Part shown: positions 24,901-37,874 of the stretch, one piece after another
Layout: the number at the start of each line of letters is the position of its first letter
How positions within the stretch are numbered: the stretch's first letter is position 1
Source: Lama guanicoe
Lineage: Eukaryota
Assembly: GCA_013239625.1 (NCBI GenBank)
Contig: MU054187.1
Location: forward strand, 2,241,757-2,305,756
Direction: 5' to 3'
DNA: 64,000 nt
Notes under the pieces: model-generated
The model's input: only the letters and a program-made list of their open reading frames with translations
Database searches by the model: none
Told to the model about the DNA's origin: nothing
Program-made: the position numbers and the translations under genes

Positions 24901-25899
24901 AGGGTTGGACCCTGACAGGCCTCCGGCAAGAATGATGGCAGAATGCTAAAGTGACAACTTGAAACAAATCGAAAATCAAATTTGTTTTGCTCTAATGACA
25001 CTACTTATTTCATAAAGCAACAGCGCAGAAAGCATGCCCATTGCTCTCTTGGTAATCAGGTCTGAGGCTCATTAGCAGGAAAGAAAAAAGCACTTTAAGG
25101 ATAAAATGTGTGTGTCGATCCCTAGCTCCCACGGTGCGTGCACACGCAGGGCAGGCGAGAACACTGAGTTACTCACAGCATCTTAGTTAGAAACATTCAG
25201 TCTATGCTTTTGTGCCCCGCACAGCTTCTTGGCCTCACAGAACCTGGGTTTTAAATGAGGACCCAGGGGGAGGGAAGACCAGGGCCCCACGCTGCCCCCT
25301 GTAACAGGAGTGCATTGGGCAGTTCATGGTGCCACCGCGGCGACACCGAGGTGCGGGTTCCGGGTGTGGGTGTCAGGTGGCTGTCGCTGTGGGACAGACG
25401 TGGACACGACCACCCAGGAGAGGAGAGGGGCGTTAGGATGCGAACAGTCCGCCCGGCAGTCAGAGGGAATGGCGGCCGAATTCTGCCTCCTCTATGTCTT
25501 TGAAAGCAAATCGGAGGAGCAGGGAGGCCTCTCTGACTTGTGGGGAGCCGTAACTCGGCCACCACAGTGCGCCCACTGCAGTAGGGAGACGTGTCCTGGA
25601 AAACGGGGATCACGGAATAAAGGAAACGTCTTCAGTCCATCACGGCTTGGATTTCTGATGCGCCCCCTTCCCGAGACTTGAGGGTCCCCTGAGTGTCTGA
25701 AAAACACTCTGTCCTTCTCCTGAAAATCATGGCTCAAGGCAGATACTTCCAGCACTCGCCAGCATTGCTGGTTCACTTTATTCATTATTTGTGCTCCAGA
25801 TTGTCCATCCAGGCCCTCACCTACTACGCGCCGGATGCCATGATGCCTCCCGGCAGAAGGTCAGAATGAAGCGGGGAAGCAGACACGGTGGCGGATGAA

Positions 25900-26750
25900 G
25901 ACGGTGCATCAGAATGCAGGCGTGGACGAGCCTCCCCAGGACCCGAGGGGAGCCGTGCATCCTCCTGCGTCGCCGGCTGGGAGCAGGGGAGCGGCAGGGC
26001 CTGGAGGGGCCTTGGTATTTAGGCTGCGGCTGCAAGGGCGAGGAGCGCCGCCCAGAGGGAATCCAGCGGAAAGCGCCGCAGAAACACCGACTGCCGCCTC
26101 AGCAGGTTGCGGGCGGCAGCAGCTGGGAGGCGGGGCTTGGGGGGCGGGGGGCCGGCGGCGAGAGGCCGGGACGGGGTGGCTGGGCGGGACGCGGGGCCCA
26201 ACACCGCGCCGACGGCCGGCGCCACCCCTGCCCCGCGGCCGCGCCTCGCAGACCGAGGCCGGCGAGCGCCTCTGCGCGCGGGGCGGGGCGCTGCTCGAGC
26301 TGCGCGGCCCGGTGAGCGTCAGCTGCGTCTGGATGTTGGCTGCTCCCCAGGGTATGTCTTCTGTCCGGCACCTCCTTCCTGGCTAGGTCGTTTTCCGGTT
26401 TCTGTTTCAGGCGGTGAGGAGCCCATTCAAACGAAAGGGGAGGCCAACACGGGGGCGTTTGTTCGGGGAAGGTCAGAAGGTGAAGCCGACGCACCAGGGG
26501 TGAGGTCTGGGGTGAGGCTGCGCCGACGTCTTGGTCAGCAGCCAAGCCCAGCCCGTCTGCTCCCTCTGGGACGGGAGGACCAACCGTCTGCCATTTCCCC
26601 GGGTTTCCTCCTGTCCATTCGCCCCGTGAGCCTGACTCTCTGGCCCCTCAAGCCCACCCTCCACAAAGCCGAAGAGCGCTCTCCAACACGGTAGCCTGAG
26701 CGTGGCAGGCCGTTGCTTCACACCTGCCCGCAGCCTCCCGCTGCCTGCGA
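25900..26750. promoter_or_regulatory. Orphan CpG island
   Basis: Dense CpG, several GGGCGGG boxes (26128-26149, 26182, 26281); no recognisable coding sequence. Confidence 0.55.
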
Positions 26751-27169
26751 GATGGGGTCTAGTCCGTGCTTTGCCATCAGACCCCTTGCACACGACCTCT
26801 GTGCCTTCCACACACCATTTTCATCGGATGTGGAGGGAGGTGTTTAAGAATCCATCTTCCCCTCCCCGCTCCTCCAAATGGTGTTTAAAGGCAGGGGCTG
26901 GACACAATCGCCTTCGTATTTTTGGTGACCAGCTCAGTGAACGCTCAGGTAGCTTTCCCGTAACGCTCGTTCATCTGAACCATCCTTGGTGCTGCTGTAA
27001 ACCACAGGGAGAGGCACAGTCATATCTATGTCTGCGGGATAGTCATTTTGGCCACAAAGAAGAGAGTGGATTAAAACAAGAAGTACGTAGTCACAGAAAG
27101 GCTTTCAACTTAATCCCCACAGAGAGCTGGTGGGAATCAGCCTAAAGTGTGGAACACAGTGGCGGCCAA

Positions 27170-27900
27170 GGTGTATTAAGCGCTCTGTGCCTGGCGGGGC
27201 ACACTGCACGTCTCAAACATCAGCTCAATCCATCCTGATAATAATGTTATAAGGGGAGTGCTGTTTTTATGGGACCAGAGTTTTGATCGGTAAGACAACT
27301 TGTCTGAAGTCACACAGCGATCATGGAATGAGAAGCTTGTGGGAGAAGAAGAGAATTTAGAAGATGTTCACAGGTTTGAAAACTCAATAAGTCCTGGGGT
27401 TAAACAAGAGGAAAAAGTCAAGGCGTCTATTTTGTATGGTTGGACGATAAGATTCTTTAAATGCTAGGTGTATAGGAAGAGGAACAGATGAGGGAGGGAA
27501 AGTCTGGGTATTGGGGTAATGTTCGTGCATGTAGCTGGCATGCAGTTTAGGTGTCTGATCAGATCATTCAAATACAAATACTTGTTTCAAATACACAAGA
27601 AATAGTTGCAAAGGTGGCTTATGGTCACGAAACATTTTCAAGTCTTTGCTTTGTCCTATGTCTGAAGCACAGAAGCTCTGACAGTTTCTTTGCCGTAATA
27701 CGTGCCCTGCCTTTTCTATGACAACAGACACAGTTCCACCAAGTGAAGGCGCCTTGTGACCACATGGCACCCTGTTGGTAAAGTCTCGTCTGAAATTTCA
27801 TGAAGGCAGAAACTTTGTCTCCTTCCGTTGTCTGTTTCCTAAATCCCATCGACAACACCTAGGCCGTTGTAGGTATGTAATCATTTGTTCATTATTTGAA
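27170..27900. mobile_element. MIR and L2 fragments
   Basis: MIR core (acaacttgtctgaagtcacacagc) near 27300 and L2 3' end (tcatgaaggcagaaactttgtctcc...tttgttcattatttgaat) at 27790-27900. Confidence 0.55.
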
Positions 27901-28079
27901 TCGTTACTTATTATTTTTTTTAAAAAGCATTGTTCCTATGCGTGTGGAGAGAGTAGACAGCCTCTGTCTGCGTGTAAGTGTGGAAACGGGCACTACGGGA
28001 GGATGGTGAGGACACAGCTTCTTCTGGGAAAACGTTTCATCTCAGCTGCCTTCATCTGCAAGTGATGGACCACTCAATT

Positions 28080-28540
28080 CAGGAGAAACACTTATACAAT
28101 AAGGTTACCAGTTGGCTCACAAAACAAGAAGGCCAGAAGCCAAAAGTTCAGAGGTATCATCCAGGCCTGGATTCTCTCTGCCTCTTCGCTCCGCCATCCG
28201 AGGCATTGGCTTCTGCTAAGGCAGGCTCCCCGGTGATGTCAGGATGCTGCCAGTAGCAGCCGCAGTTACGTGCTTCCTCCTCCAACACTCACGCCCAACA
28301 GCAGACAAACAGCAGCTTGTCATGACTTCCTCCGAAGGGAAAGGAAGGCATTTGCCAGGCGCTCCCGCAAAGGCTGCAGACCCGCACAGGGACCCATTCT
28401 GGAGGCGCTCAATCCCTGCCTAAGAGACAGGATTCCCCTGGGGAGGGGCGGGGGGTGCAGATGGAAGGAAATGATGGCCTCTCCTGGGATGGAGGAAAGG
28501 GGAATGAATGTGAGAGAGAGCTGCAGGCTTCGGTGTAACC
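28080..28540 (-). mobile_element. MaLR LTR (old MLT1)
   Basis: ttggctcacaaaac...ctccgccatccgaggcattggcttctgctaaggcaggctcccc...ggatgctgccagtagcagc pattern. Confidence 0.5.
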
Positions 28541-29279
28541 CACCCCGAGAAACCAAGTCAATCCCAGCTGGGATCCAGCTCCACATGCATAAATTAAAAG
28601 TAATTAAGGAAACAGTCTGACTGAAACATTACACTGCACACCAGAAACTGACACATTGTGATTGACTGCACTTCAATAAATAAGACAAGAAACAGTCTGA
28701 ATTTGATCCAAAGAACAGAAGCTCTCTCTTCGTACCTTTATATGAAAGACAAATGTAGAGAGTGACACTATAATTTATCATCTGAACCAGGACACTTTGA
28801 GCTTTGAAGGAGGCACAAAAATTATTAAAATCATGCATATTACGTATGTATGTATGTATGCATATTACGTGTGTATTACGTGTATAGAGGTCAGCAAATA
28901 GGTTTAGTTTACTAGCAGAACTGTGAGTCTATTCAAAACCTACTCTCAAAAGTAAAATTCTAAAAATGATAACATCCATAAGCAATAAAGGGAATTTTCA
29001 AAGGCTTTATATTTATTAGCTAAATATCAAAAAGTAATATAAGCAAAACAGCTAGCCCTGAGTTACTTTCAAGGGTGTCAGTCAGTTTCTTGATATTATC
29101 TGCTTCTAACACTGTCTCTGGTATTTTTTCAGCATGCTCCTAATATTTTAAACTTTCTTCAGAAAATGTGCTGCAGCTTCTCAGGGTTATATTTCATGAT
29201 TAATGATGAATTCCCCGTCACTGACATCATCCTTCCTCTGCAGGCAGAGCAGAGTACATTTCAAATGGTCATAATCAAA

Positions 29280-30315
29280 ATGAAGCCACCACATAAATAC
29301 TGGAGGAAAATATGGGTGAATATCTTTATAACACGAGTATGGGGAAACCTTTCTAACTTTGACCCAAAATCCAGATACAATTTTTAAAACAGACGATTTG
29401 TAAGTTTGGCTATATAAATTAGTAAAGAAATGACTGATTCCAGATCTGGGCGGGGAAAAGGCACAGTGAGGCTGGAAAATTCCAATGTGACAGAAAGCTA
29501 GAAGTGTTCAGAGACCAAGGGTGACATGCAGCAATGACACAGGAGCTGACCAATGTGAACCCTGATTGGCCAAATTTGGGACAATCTGAGCATCAAAAAG
29601 AAAAATGAGAGTGGAGGATTATTTGATTTTTTTTTAATCCATAAGTTTAGTTAACAGTGATACATCAATGTCAGTTTCTTTTCAAATGTACAATGGTAAC
29701 AGGAGACGTTAACAATGAGGCAGCTGGGTGGCGTATATGGGAATTTTCTGTATTATGTTTGCAACTCTTCTGTAAATCCAAAATTACTGCAAAATAAATG
29801 GTTATTTAAAAAGAAAGGGAGGAAGGGAGAGAACTCATAGGTTCATAATGAATAGGACAAAGGGAGGAGAAATTCTTCCCCCCACCCCAGAAGAATGCCA
29901 ACTAAGGAGACTAAGGAGATGTGATAACTGAATGTAACTCACTTACTTTACTTGGATCCTGCTATTAAAGAAAATTTAAAAAGTTAAATGACATCTTGGA
30001 ACAACTTGGAAAATTTTAGCATGGTTGGCATATTAAATGATAGACTCAATGGAGAATTGCTTAAGTGTGAAATTAGTATCATGAGAATGTTCTTTTTTTT
30101 TTTTTTACAAGACACCTGCTAAAGCATGGGGTAAAGCATCATGACGTCTGTAGTTTATTCAGATTGTTCCAGAAAAAAGAAGTGTGCGTGTACAGACATA
30201 CTGAAAGAGACAAGCATGGCAAATGTTAACAACCTGTAAATCTAAGTGAAGGGTATACAGGTGCTCCCTGCTGATATTTTAACTTTTTTTCAAGCTTTAA
30301 ACGTCTTCAAAATAC
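29280..30315 (+). mobile_element. L1MC-like 3' fragments
   Basis: atacatcaatgtcagtttc...gacgttaacaatgagg...ttgcaactcttctgtaaatccaaaatt and tctaagtgaagggtatacaggtg. Confidence 0.7.
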
Positions 30316-32204
30316 TAATTGTGGGGGTGGGATAAGAAATCTGTTAGGTTAAAAAAAAAAAGGAAATTCTATTGGACCAGGTCACATCACTCAGTGAATG
30401 AACTTCTGTCTAAGACATAAACAGAACCAAAGTGCAGGCTTTATAGGAAGTCTCTCAAAAAAGAGCTGATGGCTTCATTTGTGAAAACATTATTGGACTT
30501 CAATTTAAAAAAATAATAATAAGGACCATTTATTTAATCACCAGAGCATTATTTTTGAACCTCGTAGTTTTACATGTAAATTTTAAAAGAATTTTAAATT
30601 CTGTGCTTTACAAGTTATAAGACTGTCCAAATATAAGGCAGAAAGTAAAACTGACTTCAATTTACAGCAGGGCCAGGACTTTTTTTTTTTTTGCTTTTTT
30701 CCCCTTAGAAAAGACTCAGAAGGCACATCTACCACTCAGGCCCTGACCGCCTGCCTTCTGAGGAGCCTCATCAGGGCAGGACTAACCAGCCCGGGGCAGA
30801 TCCGGTCTCTCTGCTGTGAACTGCACGCAGTGAGGACCAGGTGTGGCTTCATCAGCCCCCAGACTGGATGCAAATTATGTTCTCCCTCCTTCTGCATCAA
30901 AGTTACAAAGAGAAAACACTGCTACTCACTTAGCCTCATGCCACCTTTATCCCTGAAAGGAAGGGAACATAATTATGCTCATTTTCCAGGTTAAAAAAAT
31001 GAGGTACAAGGCAAATTAAATGCCTGACCTCGTGTCACGCTGTGAACCAATGCGGCAAGCCTCTTAGATATTCTGGCGCTCACGCCAGGATTTTCTCTCC
31101 GATACATCTCGCTCTGTTTTCTAAAATGTTCTTTCTGGAGCCAAGTCGTTTTCCACACTCAGTTAGAAAAAGGAGGAGGAACAGTTAGGTTTCCGTTCTT
31201 TTCGCTCTGCCTTCTCCTGACTTCGGTTTGTTAGAAGTATCGGTGGATCAGAAACAGGACAGCCTGAAGCCGCTCACAGATTCAGTTCTGTCCCTTAACT
31301 GGCCGTGCGAGGTCAGCTCGTCGCCTGAACCCCCGCCCTGCGCGCACGCTGCCCGCCTACGACGCGATGAAGGTGCATTTTCTTTGTCTACGAACATGTT
31401 GGTTTGAGGAAACAGCTGCTGGTGTGTTTGAACACACTTTGGAAAGTACTTCAAAAACATGAAGCCTTGTGTGTTAGCGGCTCCGCCTGCATCACTCTTG
31501 TCGTGAACCACGCCCTGCGCCGAGCGGCCACAGGCCCCTCTGAACCTCCCCGAAGATGCTTATCGTTTTTCACCTCGCGTGTCAAAACAACTGCTCTTGT
31601 TAAAACAATTGTTTCATTGTTTACGACAAGAATCATGAGACTTTTGTACTCTTACATTTCTAAAGTGTACCAACTGCAATTAATGAAAATCGTGCCAAAG
31701 GGTTTCGTTATAACTGAGACCGTTCCCAGCACGACCGTGCTTCTGACCAACCAAGGGCGCAGCGACGGGGACCCACATGGACCGCAGAGCATCTGCAGGA
31801 GGCTTTTTCAAGAATATAGATACAAGCTAACTCTCTTGCTATCCCCGTGTGGAAACGGTTGCTCCCCCACAGCTGCTTCACAGGCAGAGTGAGTTAGTGC
31901 CCACAGCACGGGAAGAAAGTAAGAATTAATTGTAGACGAAACCGCCCTTTCCTTTTTAGAGAGGCAGCTTGCTTGTTTACCGCCACAGCGTGTGATGGTG
32001 TGTGAGTAAGGGTGTGCGTGACTGTGCACAGGGTTGCTTTAGGACGCAAGGGGCTTTACGTCAGAAACCATGTCGGCCCACGCTTTTGTGTAACGGTGAA
32101 TATTGCTGTGTTCTCATATTTATTAGAAAATTAAGAAACATTAGCAGTGGGAAAGCGAAGAGGAGCGTCAGTGGTCTGCTAATTGTTCTTGCATGTGGGC
32201 ATTA

Positions 32205-32400
32205 ACGTGAGTGTGTGTCTGACTGTGTGTGTGTAACACTGTATGTGAGTGTGGCTGTCCTCTTGTGTGTGTGACCACATTTGTGTCTATGACTGTGTTT
32301 GTGTGTGTGTGTGTGTGTGTGTGGCTGTACTTTGGTGTGTGGCTGTATTTATGTGTGTGGCTATATTTGTGTGTGTGTGAACACTGACTTCTGTGTGTAC
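32205..32400. repeat. Degenerate TG-rich simple repeat with an 18-bp unit x3
   Basis: TG run at ~32300-32323 followed by gtgtgtggctgtactttg / gtgtgtggctgtatttat / gtgtgtggctatatttgt (32317-32370). Confidence 0.9.
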
Positions 32401-33527
32401 ACACAGCACAGCTCCCCCAAGGGTGGTAGTACTCTGAGCTGTGCTTCCAGGGACAAAAAAAGAATTTATGCTAATATATTCATCCGACTACGCCTTTTTA
32501 TAATTAAGGGCCATGCATTTTCCAGACAGCTGACCTGGGTCAGGCTGCCACTTGTGACCCCTGACAAACTTGCAGCTAACTGACCTGAGGGTCCTCGCCA
32601 CCAGCTGTGAACCGCAGACGTCCCGTGAGCAAGGCTGCTCAGCCTGGCCCGTGGCCAGCGTACGGCCTTGGTCGATCTCACTTTGTACCTTTCATTTAAT
32701 TTGGTTGTACACGTTTTTAGAAGTTTAATCATCTTCCCTTCAGAAAAGAGCCCCATTAATGCCCACAATCATTTCTTCCAATGATCATGTTTGACCTTAA
32801 GAAGGAGAGCACTCCAATTTCATGGTCGGCACACGGCACAATTTTACACTTGAAAATAATGGCAGAAGCTATCTGTAGCGGAAAAGGAGACAAAGAGCAT
32901 TCTAGCCACAGATGACCCATCACCTTACTGGCTGGGGGAAAAAAGCATTTGTGATGTACTCCAGAATTTCTAGGAAATTTTGGCACTGGCTCTTGCAGAT
33001 TAATACATTTAACTAATTATTACCTTTGGTCACACAGACACAGTAATTAGTACGTTGACTCATGAAGAATAAACGCCGGTGACAGGAGTAATTAAGGTAG
33101 TAATGAGCACTGATGATCTGGCCGTCACTACTCTTCCTTCCTAAAGACGTAATGAAACACACCCTTTTCGCTTTCCCAGGACTAACATTACTATTGATGA
33201 AACAAAGATCCTGAAGTTGAATTGGTGTCCGTGCGTGTGTACTGACCACTGGCATTCTTCAGTATGAAGCTTTGACCATAAAACAGATGTGAGATTGTTG
33301 AATTTAAAATAATTTAAATGTATGCTTTAAAATTGAAACTTAAGATTTTGAGAGCCCAAGTCTTCTTAAAATGATCAAATGCAGTCCTTTATTCCTAGAA
33401 GTTGCTCTCAAAGTGTGATCCTCCTTACTCTGAGGGTGAAGAGGGACTCCAGGAGAACCCGGAAGGAAGCCTTTGCCCTTCAGCCGTGAACCCCACCACA
33501 GTCACGTGCCTCGTGTTTTGAAGATGT

Positions 33528-33890
33528 GTTGGCGATGAGACATCACCTCACACCTGTTTGAGCAGCTCTTATCAAAAAGACAAGAGATTACAAACGCTGG
33601 TGAGGATGTGGAGAAGAGAGAACCCTGGGGCGCTGCTGGTGGGAATGTAAATTGGTGCAGCTGCTGTGGGAAATCAGAACGGACATCAGTTCCTTGAAAA
33701 ATTAAGAATAGACCTGCCACAGAATCTAACAATTCCACTCCTGGGTATTTAGCTGAAGGAAATTAATTCCCTGCCTTCAACGGACAACTGCACCCCCATA
33801 TTCACTGCAGCAGGAGTCACAATGGCCGTGACACGGAGCGACCTGAGCATCCGTGGGTGGATGCGTGGGTGAAGATGCGTGAGAGCTGAT
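33528..33890 (+). mobile_element. L1 ORF2 3' fragment
   Basis: atgagacatcacctcacacctgtt...gctggtgaggatgtggagaag...gctggtgggaatgtaaattggtgcag...caattccactcctgggtattta. Confidence 0.9.
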
Positions 33891-34049
33891 CTGGCGCGTT
33901 GGGAAACCGGCAAGAAGGCCCACAGCTGGCTGGAGCGGGGTAGGGGGTGGGGGGGGAATGATCCACGTGAACGCACAGGTGGGATCCCATCGCCTCGATG
34001 GTGGTCTCCCTCTTTCTCTTGTCCCCGTTTCTTCCCGTCTCCACTCCAC

Positions 34050-36075
34050 TGACGTCCCAGTGTGACTCCTATTACTAACCCAGAATGCACCCTTCCAAAG
34101 TTTTCTCTTTGTTTATATGGTTTTATTCAGACACACATATTAGATACACAAAGGTCACGTTCTGTCTTTCATAAAAATGAGATCGCATTATTCATGCTTT
34201 TCCACAATTGCACTTCTCACTTAACCACATCAGCCACGTGTGTCCAAGTCAGATGATAGAGTTTTGATTTACTATTTTTAAAGACCATGAAAAACTCCGT
34301 GAGTCGAAGAGACTCTATCTTACACACCCCTTCTCCTTCTGATGGAATGGTTTCTGTCCAGCTTTTTGCTACAATAATGAAATAAACACCTTGGAGACCA
34401 ATCCTTGCATACTGATGTCTTTATTTTGCTGGGATATGTTCAGGAGAGTGAAATCGATGGGGTGGGTGTATGTCTATTAATGGCTATTGATACCTTCCAA
34501 ACAAAGGTGATAAGGATTCGCATTTTGCCCAGGAGTGATGAGAGCACACTCCTCCTCGCATCCTGCCGTCAATGTGCTATTTTTACCAAAGTGCTGTGCA
34601 CAAAAGACCAGCTTACCAATACCATCATTCAAATTCTCCTGGAGGCTGACGCCTTTCATGTGCTTATTGACCTTTTGAATTTGTCGCTCAGTGAAAATTA
34701 CTCTTTCATATTCTTTGCTCTTTTCTGTTGAATTGTTACATTTTATTTAGACAATTTTTCAGAGGGCTTTGTGTTAGATAAAGTAACCCTTTTACACATC
34801 TTTATTGCCATTTTCTTCGATTGATTATATGGTATTTTGCCATATAAAAAATTTTAAATCAACTATGTATGTGTATTTTTTTATAACTTCTGGATTTTCT
34901 GTCTTCATTAAGAAGTTTTTTCCTCACTTCTATATTCTACCTGTAGTCCATTATGTTTCCTTACAAGACTCATATCATTTCTTTTTTTTTTTTTTTCACT
35001 TAAGTATTTAATATATCTAGAGTTTATTTTCCTTTGTGGAGTAGGATAGGAATCCACTTATTGTCTTGCAAATGGGCAGGGTGTCTTACGAGCACCATTT
35101 TTTAAGTAATCAGCTTTTTCCCATAGTATTAAATGTTATGTTTTATCTTCTTATATATTCTGGGATTTTTTTTTTTTTGAATCTCTATTCTGTTCAGTGA
35201 GCTATTTTGACTTTATACTGTTCTGATATTTGGTAAAATCAGTCCTATCTCATTTTTTTTTCTTGCCTACTTTTCTTGTTATTCTTAAGTATGTGTCCTT
35301 TCTTATGAATTGTAAGATAGAATCTTCCAACTCCATTAAAATGTTTTCCCCTTACAAGGTTAATTGTAAATTAAATTTACACATCAGTTTTGGGAGAACT
35401 GGCGTTAAATTACCCTGACTCTTCCCATCCTAGGACACGCTGAGTAACTGCTCACTCTGATCTTTCACCGTCTTCAGTAACTTTCCAGGTCCACTGGCTT
35501 TCTTGTTAAATTTGTCTCTATTTGTAGAGGTTTCTTTTCACTGTTGTGAATAAAATATTTCACTTTACATTTTCAGCTACTCATGACTGAAGTAAAAGCT
35601 GCAGCTTTTCTATACGTGTATCTGTTCACCTCACCAACTTTTCCTCTTAGTTTCAGTAGTTCTGCCCCAAAGTCTGGCAAAGTTTCTACACATACATATA
35701 GATGATCGACAAAAATGTAAATTATTTTGGCTCTAATTTTCCAGAGTTTCTTCTAAGTATTTCATTTTCTTTTTGCTGAAACTTCGAGGGCAATGTGGAA
35801 TTTTAATGAGAGTTGATCAGCAACATTCTCCAGTTTCTGACTTAAAGTGAAATGGATTTTTGCTTCAAAAGTTAGAAAAATATTTAGTGTTAGTTCTTTT
35901 GGAAAATATTCTCTAATGTGTCTAAGTCATTTCCTACCATCATCTTTTACTTTGTATTTTTTATAGGAATGGCTGTTAATATTATTTAATGAATTTTTAG
36001 CATCTAGTAATGTAAACATAGCACTTTAAACTTTTAATTTTAGGTAAAAGAATAGATTGATAGATTTCCTGATAT
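34050..36075 (-). mobile_element. Old L1M/L1ME, antisense, degraded
   Basis: T-rich, with signatures aaaaatgagatc, atctagagtttattttc...ggagtaggatagg, aatctctattctgttcagtg, ttttgggagaactggc. Confidence 0.7.
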
Positions 36076-36091
36076 AAAAATTCCTGCCAAG

Positions 36092-36875
36092 GATAACAAA
36101 TGATAAATGCTGGAGAGTCTGTGGAGAAAAGGGAACCCTCCTTCACTGCTGGTGGGAAGGCAGTTTGGTGCAGCCACTGTGGAAAACAGTATGGAGATTC
36201 CTCAAAAGACTAGGAATAGACTTACCATATGACCCAGCAATCCCGCTCCTGGGTAAATATCCAGAGAGAACCCCACTTCAAAAAGACACCTGCCCCCCAG
36301 TGTTCACAGCAGCACTATTTACAACAGCCAAGGCATGGAAACAGCCTAAATGTCCATTGACAGATGACTCGATAAAGAAGATGTGGTATATTTATACAAT
36401 GAAGTACTATTCAGCCATAAAAAATGACAACATAATGCCATTTGCAGCAACATGGATGTCCCTGGAAAATGTCATTCTAAGTGAAGTAAGCCAGAAAAAG
36501 AAAGAAAAATACCATATGATATTGCTCATATGTGGAATCTAAAAAAAAAAAANNNNNNNNNNNNNNNNNNNNNNNNNNNNNNNNNNNNNNNNNNNNNNNN
36601 NNNNNNNNNNNNNNNNNNNNNNNNNNNNNNNNNNNNNNNNNNNNNNNNNNNNNNNNNNNNNNNNNNNNNNNNNNNNNNNNNNNNNNNNNNNNNNNNNNNN
36701 NNNNNNNNNNNNNNNNNNNNNNNNNNNNNNNNNNNNNNNNNATCTTGTGGTATGGTGAAAAAGAATGTGACAATGACTATATGTATGTTCATGTATAACT
36801 GAAAAATTGTGCTCTGCACTGGAAATTGTCACAATGTTGTAAACTAACTATTCATAAAATAAAATTTTAAAAAAA
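36092..36875 (+). mobile_element. Young L1 3' end (ORF2 C-terminus plus 3' UTR), interrupted by a gap
   Basis: ORF 36165-36542 [29 protein letters not shown]...MPFAATWMSLENVILSEVSQ is the L1 ORF2p C-terminus. Confidence 0.95.
36553..36741. other. Assembly gap
   Basis: Run of N. Confidence 1.
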
Positions 36876-37377
36876 GAAGCCTAGGTTGGTAAGTTATAAT
36901 ATATACACCCATGGAAAACTATACAACCTGTTAAAATAATAATGTGTTGTTTATAAGTACAATACAGATGTACCATCGTCCTATAAGATAGCAGCAGGGG
37001 AAACCGAGAGCAGGGACCACGGGAACTCCTGAACTACCTTCATGATTTATTTTAAGTCCCAAACTGCGCTAAAACATAAAGTTCATTTGAAAACATTATC
37101 CATATCGTTACTTCACTTAAAATTCCCCGGTGACTTTCTGATTAAAATGCTTACTTCTCTGAATGCTCATCATGTCCTAACCAGCATGGCCCCACTGGCT
37201 TCTCAGTTCCTATCTCCATCCCTGAGTCCTGGACGTCCCCCGTGCGCTGGCCCTGCAGGGCCGCCAGAGAGCCATCCTCCCCGCCGCAGTCTTCACATGC
37301 TTACTTCTCCGCCTGCCCCTCTTACCCAGGGACCAGACCAGCTCTACTGTCAGGCTTTTATTTTACTTTTGAGAGCC

Positions 37378-37530
37378 ATTTTTTTAAACTTTTTTTTTAT
37401 TTTATTAAAGTATAGTCTATTTACAATGTGTTAGCTTCTGGCGTACAGAATAGTGATTCAGTTATATATATGTATCTATTCCTTTTCATACTCTTTTTCT
37501 CTCCAGGTTATCACAAGGTACTGAGTTAGT
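37378..37530 (-). mobile_element. L1 3' terminal fragment, antisense (repeated at ~39552-39704)
   Basis: Poly-T then aagtatagtctatttacaatgtgttagcttctggcgtacagaatagtgattcagttatatat. Confidence 0.8.
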
Positions 37531-37874
37531 GCCGTAACTCTGGGGGACTTGGGATAAACAAGCGGCGCAGCGCTGCGCCGCTGGGGCCTCTCGGTCACGT
37601 CTTCCCTTCCTCGTTGCCAAGTTCATCACGTTCTAAACAGCATCTTCTTCTTCCAACACGGCCTTTACGAAACTAGGTAACGCAGGTACCAGGTAAGACC
37701 ACTGCAGGAGAGTCTTGCCTTTCTCGCAGTAACCATCTGCCTCCTCTTCCTGGCGGAAGCCGGCCGGCCGGCCCCCTCTCTGCCCGGCGGCAGAGGGGCG
37801 CCCGCGGCTGAGGCCCTCGGGGAGCAGGTGCCCCCGGGGCTCCGGGCCCCGGGCCCCGGGCCCCGGGCTCCGGC

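Larger units (their letters stand above)
36476..37874. repeat. Copy 1 of near-identical duplication (copy 2 at 38647-~40048)
   Basis: Identical ORFs at 37042 and 39216 (offset 2174); sequence matches base for base except at the gap edges and one substitution near 36509. Confidence 0.97.

Noticed and set aside
25895..26694. 133-195-aa ORFs in the orphan CpG island
   Set aside because: Open in several frames on both strands because of stop-codon scarcity; no recognisable domain.
36165..36542. 125-aa ORF as a host gene
   Set aside because: It is the L1 ORF2p C-terminus from a 5'-truncated element.
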